Shown here: positions 1 to 9,200 of the stretch, piece after piece
How positions within the stretch are numbered: the stretch's first letter is position 1
Layout of the letters: every line of letters starts with the position of its first letter
NCBI GenBank assembly: GCA_014382125.1
Contig: JACNKI010000130.1
Span: 1-40,000 of the forward strand
Source: Bacteroidota bacterium
GTDB lineage: Bacteria; Bacteroidota; Bacteroidia; Bacteroidales; FEN-979
Reading direction: 5' to 3'
Length of the DNA stretch: 40,000 bases
Notes under the pieces: model-generated
What the model saw: the letters and a program-made list of their open reading frames with translations, nothing else
Database searches by the model: none
What the model was told of the DNA's origin: nothing
Position numbers and translations under genes: made by a program

Positions 1-2
1 TT

Positions 3-1583
3 TACAAGGGGGATTGTTTTTTACAAAAGACATGGTTCCGTCAGGCAAGGTGGTATGCCATGGAAGACCCGAATGATGCAGAGTGTGGTTATAGCGGGTT
101 TGGTTCAGGAAACCTTGATCCGAACTGCACATGGTATCAGCATGGCATGATGATCGGATTAATTACCGAATGTGCCGTGAATACGGCTATGAGAAATGAA
201 GTTGTTGGCAGGGATGACAGTGAGGAATATGTAAGATATACATTTTTTCCTAAATGTATGGAAGCCGGTATCGGTGTGATTGATTTTGCTGTTAACTATG
301 CATCTGAATATCTTCATGAGGCCACCCAGGTCAATAACGGGTACAATAAGATCCTGCCTGATAAAATAGTCTATGGCTATGATGAGAATGAGCCGTTGAG
401 GTATGAGGACAAGCCGAACAGGGCATATCATTCTGACCCGCATGTTTCGGGAAGTTTTATCGATGGATGGAGATCGATAAATTCTGGCTCATACCAGGAT
501 TATGCACCTGTTGATGGGCCTATCACAAGAATATCCAAATTTCTTGAATACCCGTTTTTAGTTCAACAGTTTGCCATAAACCAGATTTACGTCGATGAAC
601 GTGCAACACAGGCTCTTGATTCAGGTGAAGTCGTAATGGCCGAATCTACAACATTCCTTAGTGACAGGGTAAGGAAGATCGAGTCATTCGGTTCTCAACA
701 TATGCAATCAATAATTCCAGGAAAGACGGGGGTTTTCGGAGTTGACTCTATGAAAGCTCTTGAATGGAAAGTTGGAATTGCAGCCGGTAAAGGCGGTGGG
801 TTTTTACTTGAAGCTCAAGACATATCACTCGCCAAACTTATTCAGAAATGGTTCAAAGATACATTTGACAGTTATTCAACCGAGAATGACATCGTAGACA
901 TCATACCGGACACTCCTTTGCTTGGACAAGGCATTGTCGGGTTTTATGATCCTGATTATAAGGAGATCGGCATGTCGTTTATGATGGAAAAAGGCACGGG
1001 AGAGAGGATATTAAAAACGCTTGTTTTTGATGAACTGTTAAATTCCTTCAAGGGGGAATATACATTTGTTGAACCGCTTTATTTTAACATCGGAAAGAAA
1101 TTATACAGTTGTATGTATTACCTGGACGATGGGTTTGAATATAAGGTGAACAATAAAATATACCGTTACAATGCTGAAGGTGTCTGGAATAATTTCTTTG
1201 GTGATACGGCAACGGCAAAGATATCATTCATCGTGAACGGATTGGGGGAAGGGAAAAGCAATTTTGCTGGCGTGGAGAAGAAATTCAATGCGATGATGAT
1301 AGAGGCGAATTACAAGTCATTCTCAAGGATAATTTACCAGACACTTTACCAGTCAAGCACGAATACATTTGTAACAGCTTCGGGCGAGTTCTGGAAGAAT
1401 TCAGAGTACCTGGATCAGAAATGGCATATACCGATTGCCGTTCAGACATCGGCAGATGAAGTGCAATTTGATACAGGTAGTGAGATGAGTGGTACATATA
1501 TGCTCGTCACGCTGGAATATAATCTCGATGAAGAGTTAAATATAAGAGAAATTGAAACAGATTTTACACCATTAAAATCATAA
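3..1583 (+). CDS. virion structural protein, 5'-truncated by window edge (function unassigned)
   Basis: The reading frame is open from nt 3, with no stop upstream of the ATG at 60. It ends at TAA 1581-1583, and the next gene starts 4 nt later on the same strand. The virion role is inferred only from its position in the tail/ejection operon. Confidence 0.75.
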   Translation, partial: YKGDCFLQKTWFRQARWYAMEDPNDAECGYSGFGSGNLDPNCTWYQHGMMIGLITECAVNTAMRNEVVGRDDSEEYVRYTFFPKCMEAGIGVIDFAVNYASEYLHEATQVNNGYNKILPDKIVYGYDENEPLRYEDKPNRAYHSDPHVSGSFIDGWRSINSGSYQDYAPVDGPITRISKFLEYPFLVQQFAINQIYVDERATQALDSGEVVMAESTTFLSDRVRKIESFGSQHMQSIIPGKTGVFGVDSMKALEWKVGIAAGKGGGFLLEAQDISLAKLIQKWFKDTFDSYSTENDIVDIIPDTPLLGQGIVGFYDPDYKEIGMSFMMEKGTGERILKTLVFDELLNSFKGEYTFVEPLYFNIGKKLYSCMYYLDDGFEYKVNNKIYRYNAEGVWNNFFGDTATAKISFIVNGLGEGKSNFAGVEKKFNAMMIEANYKSFSRIIYQTLYQSSTNTFVTASGEFWKNSEYLDQKWHIPIAVQTSADEVQFDTGSEMSGTYMLVTLEYNLDEELNIREIETDFTPLKS

Positions 1584-1587
1584 AGCG

Positions 1588-2925
1588 ATGCTAACTTCAA
1601 TTATTGGATCAGGTGCAAATTTACTCGGTGGAGTAATGGACGTACTCGGTGAAAACCTGGGAACAGAAACAAAAAAAAGAGTTTACGGATATACCGGATC
1701 GCCATTAGACAGGAGTATTGGTGGCCTCTCCGGGGCATCATCCCAGTTAAACTCAACGATGACAGCAGATGAGGTTGAATACAATAATGCATTTGGGGAT
1801 TTTGCTGGCGGTGTGAGTGGTGCGTTAAATCTTGTTGGCGGTGCATTGACAGGATCGAGTGGTACTGATTTGTTTGGCGGTGAAGATCAAGGGCCTATAA
1901 AAACGATGTTTAACCCAAATGCACCACCTCAACAACAGCCACAACAACAATTCGCTGTTCAAAAGAAAAAATCCGCATTTGACACCCTTCCGTCTGTCAG
2001 GGAGCAATATTCCCAACCAGTTGAAATGCAGGAAGGCGGTAAGAATGAATCATCTGCTGAACCGGTAGAAGCCAAAGGCGGGGAGTATGAGGTTCATTAT
2101 GACGACGATTACAATATCAAAAGCATCAAACGTATAAGCGGCCCCTCACATGAACGGGGCGGAGTGAATATGATGCTTAGAAAGAATCATGCCATCCTGA
2201 ATCAACAGCAATTCGATGAACTTGAAAAAGGAAAATCACTAAAGGATGTCCTTAAAACGATTCAGAATGTTGGTGGAATGGCAGAAGAGGGGGCAAACAA
2301 TGATCCAAACGAGACTCTTGCTGGCCTTTATGATAAATACAAATTATCCGATGATGGATTAAAGTCGATGTATACGGGTCGTCTTGGATACAATCTTCTT
2401 TCAACGTTTGTGAATTTACTCGGGACTCCGGACATAAAGGCACCCACTGTTGATCTTCCAAAGCCAGCGACTGTTACATCCAAAGCAGTTCGTTTACCCG
2501 GTGCTTACAATACCCTTGAAAGGACAACAGCATCGGCTATTGATGCGGCAAGGTCATCCGGGAAGACGGAACAGTTACCGGGGATATTCAGGGAGTCAGG
2601 AAGGATAGCTACTGAAATTGGCGGGAAAGAGGCCAGGGAGACGAGGCTGGCCCAACAGAAAGCCAATGAATTCAATGTACAGACAGGCAACCAGTTCTTG
2701 AAGGATAAAGCAATGCTGAAATTACAGACTGATAAAATGCAGATGGATGCTGATAGAGAGGGCAGATATATTAAAAACTTAAAAGACACGGAACTGTTCA
2801 AGACAATGTTTTCCACATCGCAGCTTCCGGGACAATATGCCCAAGCAAAAGAAGATGCTATGTGGGATAAAATTATGAGAGAGGTCTATCTGAAGTCGAT
2901 GATATCGGGAAGAACATATGGATAA
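1588..2925 (+). CDS. low-complexity internal virion / ejection (cargo)-like protein
   Basis: The ORF is 445 aa with an ATG start. The N-terminal third is Gly/Ser/Ala-rich and contains a PPQQQPQQQ tract. The C-terminal half is charged and helical. No catalytic motif was recognised, so the role is inferred from context only. Confidence 0.7.
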   Translation: MLTSIIGSGANLLGGVMDVLGENLGTETKKRVYGYTGSPLDRSIGGLSGASSQLNSTMTADEVEYNNAFGDFAGGVSGALNLVGGALTGSSGTDLFGGEDQGPIKTMFNPNAPPQQQPQQQFAVQKKKSAFDTLPSVREQYSQPVEMQEGGKNESSAEPVEAKGGEYEVHYDDDYNIKSIKRISGPSHERGGVNMMLRKNHAILNQQQFDELEKGKSLKDVLKTIQNVGGMAEEGANNDPNETLAGLYDKYKLSDDGLKSMYTGRLGYNLLSTFVNLLGTPDIKAPTVDLPKPATVTSKAVRLPGAYNTLERTTASAIDAARSSGKTEQLPGIFRESGRIATEIGGKEARETRLAQQKANEFNVQTGNQFLKDKAMLKLQTDKMQMDADREGRYIKNLKDTELFKTMFSTSQLPGQYAQAKEDAMWDKIMREVYLKSMISGRTYG

Positions 2926-3089
2926 TGTTGAAAAATAAAAGAGCAAGATTTAGAAATAGAGAGTATATTTGTGTCAAGTGTAGGCACACTTTTGAGAGTA
3001 ATAAAAGAAGGCCATGTCGTATGCCATGTCCTAACTGTAAAAGAGTTGGTTCATCAGTAAGAAAACAAAATGGCAAAACATATCTCTGA
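2925..3089 (+). CDS. small basic zinc-ribbon protein (54 aa, not in ORF track)
   Basis: Manual translation gives MLKNKRARFRNREYICVKCRHTFESNKRRPCRMPCPNCKRVGSSVRKQNGKTYL, with a CxxC pair followed by CxxxCxxC. The ATG overlaps the upstream TAA (TAATG). The ORF overlaps the next gene by 20 nt. Confidence 0.4.
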   Translation: MLKNKRARFRNREYICVKCRHTFESNKRRPCRMPCPNCKRVGSSVRKQNGKTYL

Positions 3090-3366
3090 TTATATTGAAC
3101 TTCCTGGCCTCATTGTCAGGAGTGATCGGGTTGATACTCACGGTAATCCCCTTTCAGACAAGAAAGTTTTGTTTGTTCTTGAAATAGACAACATTGGTAT
3201 TATCCGGGAAGAGCCGGATGAAAATGATGAATTGACCAGGACGGCAATAAGTGACAAACAGGGGAATTACTATACCGTGCTGATGGATTACAGGAAATTA
3301 AAACATTACCTTGAACGGGTAAAGATTAATCATAGAAAACAGCAGTTATTAACTTTAAGACAATAG
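3070..3366 (+). CDS. hypothetical protein (98 aa)
   Basis: The ORF has an ATG start and sits in the same operon. It ends 4 nt before the next ATG. No motif was recognised. Confidence 0.6.
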   Translation: MAKHISDYIELPGLIVRSDRVDTHGNPLSDKKVLFVLEIDNIGIIREEPDENDELTRTAISDKQGNYYTVLMDYRKLKHYLERVKINHRKQQLLTLRQ

Positions 3367-3370
3367 AGAA

Positions 3371-3727
3371 ATGAAAGTGAGAAACAGTTTTGTCGTTATC
3401 GACATGATCGAGATCAAGCCACACAAACCAACCGGCTTAACAGACTCGAAAGGAAAAGACCTTGCAAGTGAAAACCTGAAAAGGTTCAAAGAACATCCAT
3501 GGCAGGGAGAAGTCATCATGGCCCCGGAATATTATCTTAATGGTGGCCAGAAGTACGATTGTGACCTTCAGCCTGGGGATCGGGTTGTATTGCCCGGAAA
3601 GCCGCCTCAATCATCAGTCGTTGTCATGGACGGAAAAGTCTATGTTTACATAAGATACAGTGATATCATCTATTCATATACACCGAAAGAAATTAAAAAA
3701 ACCAACGCTAATCACAAGAAGAGATGA
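3371..3727 (+). CDS. GroES/Hsp10-like small beta-barrel protein (tentative)
   Basis: The 118-aa pattern QGEVIMAP...NGGQKYDCDLQPGDRVVLPG...VVVMDGKVYVYIRYSDIIY parallels the GroES pattern RGEVLAVG...ENGEVKPLDVKVGDIVIF...IDNEEVLIMSESDILA. There is an ATGA overlap with the next gene. Confidence 0.4.
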   Translation: MKVRNSFVVIDMIEIKPHKPTGLTDSKGKDLASENLKRFKEHPWQGEVIMAPEYYLNGGQKYDCDLQPGDRVVLPGKPPQSSVVVMDGKVYVYIRYSDIIYSYTPKEIKKTNANHKKR

Positions 3728-3933
3728 ATGATAAAATAAAAAAAAGGTTAGACGGATCAGCACAATCTATTTGTGAGGTTAATTTAATACTGTATGGTTG
3801 TGGAGATCCAGACCTTGATTTTTTTAAAGGTATATCATCGGAAGGGCGTAGAGAGATATGGGATCTTTGTCGTCCTAAATTAAAGCCAGAAATTGGAATA
3901 GTAATGATTACAGGAACAACCAGTAAAATATAA
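3724..3933 (+). CDS. hypothetical protein (69 aa)
   Basis: The ATG lies in an ATGA overlap with the upstream stop (3724-3727), which suggests translational coupling. Confidence 0.55.
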   Translation: MNDKIKKRLDGSAQSICEVNLILYGCGDPDLDFFKGISSEGRREIWDLCRPKLKPEIGIVMITGTTSKI

Positions 3934-3938
3934 TTGTC

Positions 3939-6203
3939 ATGCCAATCTTTAGCGGTTTTGCAGTAGCACCAGCCATTATTGCTCCATTCGGGCAACAACG
4001 AAGGGATACTACCGGTGCAGGACTCTCATTCGCAACGAGAGCTTCTGCTTCGAGGGAAAAAGAAGAACGTCTTCAACAGCAATTCGAAGACAAAGTTGCT
4101 ACACAGGATATATTCTATAATGCCTCACTTCAATATAATCTCGGGGTGACTGCGTTGAAGCACAAGCGTGAATCGTACAAGAACCAGATGGCTGACCTGA
4201 TATGGCAGTCGGGGAATCCGTTTAGAGCTATCGAATCCGATGAATACAAAAAGTTGAGAGAAGGATATATGCTTACTGATATGGAAGAAGCCGGATTTAA
4301 GTCCGGCCTTGGCACAAGTAAGATGTATGCTGATATCGGGCAGAAGAAACTCGAAGAGAAGGATTGGCCTACAAATGTTTATTTCGGCCCGAGAAATGAG
4401 GTAGTTGGTGTAACTACAAAAAATGGAAAAAAGGAGTACACGCATGATTTGGATGAAGCTGATTATGTTTTATCAAATCAAGAGATGGTTGATCTTCAGG
4501 TTCGGCCAAATACTCCTTTTTCTGTCAATCTCGGTGAAAGTGTTTATTATTCAGGAGGATATGAGCCAAATCAGGATCAGACGGAAATCCTTGCACTACT
4601 TTCAAAGGCTGGAAGTATATCTACTGAAACCGAATTTAAAGATAAAAAGAGTTCAGAAGAATTGGCATTAAATGGGATTAATAAGTTAATGACAGTTATC
4701 AAAACAGAGAAAAGTAATCTTTTACAGCTTAATAGTCTTGGTGAGATATTTCGTGGAGAGATGTCTGAACCGGCACAAAAGGCAAATTATGCGAAATTCA
4801 TACAGGACATAAAAGGCGATCAGATAACAGCACCAATTTTAAAGCCGATTTTTGACGAAGAAGATAATGGTGACATCAAAATAGAAAAGAAAAAAATGGT
4901 TGATGGAACTACCCAGGATATCCCTGTCTTTCAAAAATATACCCAAAGTGATGTTGATAATGGGACAATTAACCCTGTAACCGGAGAAAAGGCAAAAGTA
5001 GGAGAAAACAAATTTGAACAATACAAAAAATCCGATTACCAGATGTGGCTTGGTGATCAGATCGCAAAATATGAAACCGGTTTCTCAATCATAGAAGAGT
5101 CTGCTAAGATGAACTTGAGGACACTCGGGGAAGATTTCGATGCTGAATTTGAACAGAATATATCGGAAATGTATGCTACTGGTAATCCGCCTACAAGGAC
5201 AAATCAGGTTTGGTGGCATAGTACATCATCGACATCACCTACTGACAGGAATGAATTAGCTGAAATAAAGGATTTTCTTGATGGTATAATAAATAATGAT
5301 CCGGTTGTTGTTAATAATTATCTTGAAAGTAGGAGTTATCCACCAAGTATAATGGCAAAGATAACTGATCACATTAGAATTTATAAAGAACAATTTGATT
5401 CCGGTGAGGGAATTAATGAAGAGTTTAAGGATTTTGTTTCCAAATCAATATACAATGCTATTAATATAGGGCAGCCGGGATATAACGCAGAAGCAAACCG
5501 TGAGCTTATAGAGGCGGATGTAAAAGGTGAAATGTATGTTCCTGAACCATCTGCCGGCCCTGTAATTTCAATCATGGGTTTGTTTAGCGACAGGTATAAG
5601 GTTGGACAACAAAGCAGGGAAGTAGTTCATGCTTCTGTGGCAAACATCAAAACAGCAGAACGGATAAATAAAAATGTAGGAATCCCTGTGAAACATTGGT
5701 ATGTTCCAGATTCATATATCAATACATCTACATTAAAATTGCAGAATTTAAAGGGATTGGGTGTGATTTTACCTGGTGATGTTCCAGGTAATCCGACTCA
5801 ATTACCAGTCGATGCAACTGTTGTTAAGGTAACAGATGGTTTTCAGTTTGGCGGCCCTCAAGGTCTTGTGGCTCCTGGTGTAATTGCCATTGTACTAAAG
5901 AGTGATTTGAGTAAAATCGAATTCTTTGTAAAAGATAGTACAAAGCCGGAAGGTAAACGAAAAACCAATTATAAGGAGATGATGGATTTAATGGATCTTG
6001 GTATTCTTGATCTTGATAAAGCTGATCCAACTCAAATCCAAGTGTATAAGAATATACTTTATGGGCCAAACGAAGCCTCAAAAGGTTTATGGGGTGATCT
6101 TGATAAGTATGTTGCAGTCCCATTTATTCCGACAGAGAATTACTTTTCTACCGATGGTGCCGTAATGAGAGGGAATAAGAATCCAATATATTTTAATAAA
6201 TAA
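3939..6203 (+). CDS. large virion/tail-associated protein (754 aa, function unassigned)
   Basis: The ORF is long with an ATG start, and it ends 2 nt before the giant ORF. No catalytic motif was recognised. The role is inferred from position. Confidence 0.8.
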   Translation: MPIFSGFAVAPAIIAPFGQQRRDTTGAGLSFATRASASREKEERLQQQFEDKVATQDIFYNASLQYNLGVTALKHKRESYKNQMADLIWQSGNPFRAIESDEYKKLREGYMLTDMEEAGFKSGLGTSKMYADIGQKKLEEKDWPTNVYFGPRNEVVGVTTKNGKKEYTHDLDEADYVLSNQEMVDLQVRPNTPFSVNLGESVYYSGGYEPNQDQTEILALLSKAGSISTETEFKDKKSSEELALNGINKLMTVIKTEKSNLLQLNSLGEIFRGEMSEPAQKANYAKFIQDIKGDQITAPILKPIFDEEDNGDIKIEKKKMVDGTTQDIPVFQKYTQSDVDNGTINPVTGEKAKVGENKFEQYKKSDYQMWLGDQIAKYETGFSIIEESAKMNLRTLGEDFDAEFEQNISEMYATGNPPTRTNQVWWHSTSSTSPTDRNELAEIKDFLDGIINNDPVVVNNYLESRSYPPSIMAKITDHIRIYKEQFDSGEGINEEFKDFVSKSIYNAINIGQPGYNAEANRELIEADVKGEMYVPEPSAGPVISIMGLFSDRYKVGQQSREVVHASVANIKTAERINKNVGIPVKHWYVPDSYINTSTLKLQNLKGLGVILPGDVPGNPTQLPVDATVVKVTDGFQFGGPQGLVAPGVIAIVLKSDLSKIEFFVKDSTKPEGKRKTNYKEMMDLMDLGILDLDKADPTQIQVYKNILYGPNEASKGLWGDLDKYVAVPFIPTENYFSTDGAVMRGNKNPIYFNK

Positions 6204-6205
6204 CA

Positions 6206-9200
6206 GTGATGCCAGAAGAACCAATTATTCCACCAAAAGACCGATCAAAAGGAATTGACTTCCTTGGTATGCTTTTGAATAAAAAAAATCTTGCTGATAT
6301 TGAAATGGAACATCAACAAACTGGATTTCCATTAAATATATATACCCGTGATGAACTCATTGACAGATATCCACAAATAAAAGACGATCAACAAAGACAG
6401 AATGATCTGCTTCAGTATCAGGATTCCTGGTTGAAGATGTATAATGCAAAAGGATTCAAACCTTTTGAGACTAAAAGCCTTACAATCCCTGATACAAAAT
6501 TTAACCGGGCGAGATATGGGCCTAAAGCAACTTATTATAATCCCAACACGGCTGAATTTGCTATCCCTGAACCTGAGTTTGGTTATTACTGGCCTAAGTC
6601 TTCAGAGAAGCATGGAGCAACGGGACTTCCTTTTTTAGCAACAGATATAGGAGATCATTTTGCAACATCAAAAGGATATTACATTGATCGTGAAGGAAAA
6701 AAACAGCCACTTGAATTAGCTGGAAATGCTGATGAGCATTTAAAGAGGGTGATGTCTGATGACGGAATGAAATATTATTGGCAGGAAGCTCAACCAGGTG
6801 AAATTATTCCAGGGGATCAGATAAGACAAATTATAGACAGGGATATGTCTTCTGAATCTATCTGGGGTACTATGGCCCGTGGTGCATGGAGTGGGTTTAT
6901 TCCCTTATTATATAAAGGTGTCGGAACAGCAGTATCAAATTTTTTTACTTGGTCTGATAAAGCGATGCGGCTTGATTTGGATTATTATAATCCAGATACA
7001 TGGTATAATAGATTTGGAGTAGATGCAATAAATGATGCCAACTGGATGTCTCCTCAAAATGAAGATGAAAGAAGAGGAGCTTTTGAATCATGGTCATCCG
7101 GATTGTTTAATTTAATGAATGGGACAACACAGATGTTTGGCATGATGGCTACTGGTGGTCTTATTGGGGGATTAGCGAGAGGTATTGGATTTGGGGCAAC
7201 TGCCGGTATGCGTATTGGAATGAACGCTTCTTTTGGTGTTGGGGGTGCTGAAGCTGGTTCTGGAATAAAAGAAGAGTTGGAACGCCTTGGGTATTCGAAG
7301 AATGATATCGAAATGATATTGCCATTGTTTATTAATGCTACAATTCTATCTGAAAGGGTTTTAAGTGCTAATATTGTTCAGCGTTTTGGTGTAAATGCTA
7401 TGATGGGATCTTTTGGGACAAAGGCGAGTCGTATGAAGGCAGGGCAATTATACACTAATGTCTTTGATGAAACTCTGAAAAATGCGAATACTTATTTCCC
7501 AAGATTCTCTGAAACAATGAAAGGAAGGGTAATCCAGAAGGCTTTTACTCGACTTTCACAAGCAAGAAAATATACAAGGGATCTTGCCGGAACGAATAAA
7601 TTCTTTCGGGTTGGGTTTGCTGGTATTGAAGAGGGATTTGAGGAAGGAATTGAAGGAAAATTCTATGATGTTATCAACATGTTCTATAATGGTTACAATA
7701 AGAATGTAGCTAACGAATTTATTGAAGAGTATGATAAATACATTTATACTGATCCTGTTGGATTGAATCGTCCAGGGCAGAATGTTGTGTCCGGTGATTA
7801 TTTTGTAAAGACAAGAAAAGATAATCCGAATGATTGGTCACTTGTCTCAAAAGATCAGTACCGTGAAGATACTGACAGGAGGGCATTCTCTGATAAGATA
7901 TTATCCGGTGAGGCATTGCTGACAGGCGGGAATACGGCAGAAGAGATGGCTATGGCCGCTCTTTCTACGTGGTTGGCTGTTGGTATGATAGGCGGAGGAA
8001 ACCAAAAGCATGTTCAGACAACAGTTATTGATTTTGCTTATCAATCTGTTAAAAATCCCGGAATGAAAGATCAGTTAAGGGAAACATACAGGGAGATGGA
8101 GAAAGATAATGAAGATGCTCTTGGTGTGTTTAAGACTGCTGATGGTGGTGTTACTGATAATGTGGATGAAAGCAAAAGGATGACAAGGGTTGACCTGATT
8201 ATCCAGGAGGTTGAGTTCTGGGAGAACATCATAAAGAAGTACGGCCTTGACTCCAAAGAGGCGAGGTTGGCGTATAATTCAAATATGAAACTCGGGGCGG
8301 AAGCAGCTCGGGCGGCAGGAAAAATAGAGAAGGTACAGGCTGCTATTGTAAGTGTTAGTAATAATGAGCCATTAGAAGAGGATGTTGATACAGGCATAAA
8401 AGCTGGTATGAAAGAAGATCAACTCAAAGATCTGGTAAAGACTCATCAAAAACAACTCGATGATATTGTAACGCCAAAGCCTGGTGAGTTCAATGGTAAA
8501 CCGGGAAAATATAGCATAAGATATACTGATCAGTGGAACACAATAGAACTCTTTGATCATTTCATTGATCGCCAGGCAGAAAATGCAGCCATTGCAAATA
8601 CATCAAAAGAGGCTATTATCCATGAGATACGTTCCGGAAAACGTGCAAGGGGTATTAAACTCGGGATAACGAAAGCATTTGGTATCGACAGTAAGATGCA
8701 TAAGATCGTTGAGGATGAATACCAGAAAGAAATCCAGCGAAAGAAAGCCGAATACAAAAAGAATTATCTCACTGACCGGAAGAAGATGAATGAGATGATG
8801 AGCAAATGGTTCATTGCCACAAATGAGCTTCCGGGTATTAACTCTATAATTCAGGATTACAAGAATAACGAAAACGCCATTCTGCACGACCTTGGCATTA
8901 AAATGGATGACATTGTTCAGCAATATAATGCCGAGATCAAAGAGGCTATACCCGATGAAGAGATTTCCGGTATCATGTCCGGTATTGAAACCCAACTCGA
9001 TGCCGTATCCGAAACCCTTGATAACATCGCACAACTACGTCAGAAGGGCGAGGCTGGTGCAGAAGAAACTTTTACCGAAGGACTTAATTCATTCCGTGAA
9101 GGATTTAGTTCTTTGCTTTATGATATAAATACCGTAATGGAACGGGTGGGAAAAACATCTGCGGAGGCCCTTACCGATGAATCCAACGCTGCCTACAACC

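Noticed and set aside
2964-2971. Calling TATATTTG at 2964-2971 a promoter feature.
   Set aside because: It lies inside a plausible zinc-ribbon ORF, lacks a convincing -33 TTTG, and has no intergenic space around it. It is mentioned only as a shared 10-mer in the findings.
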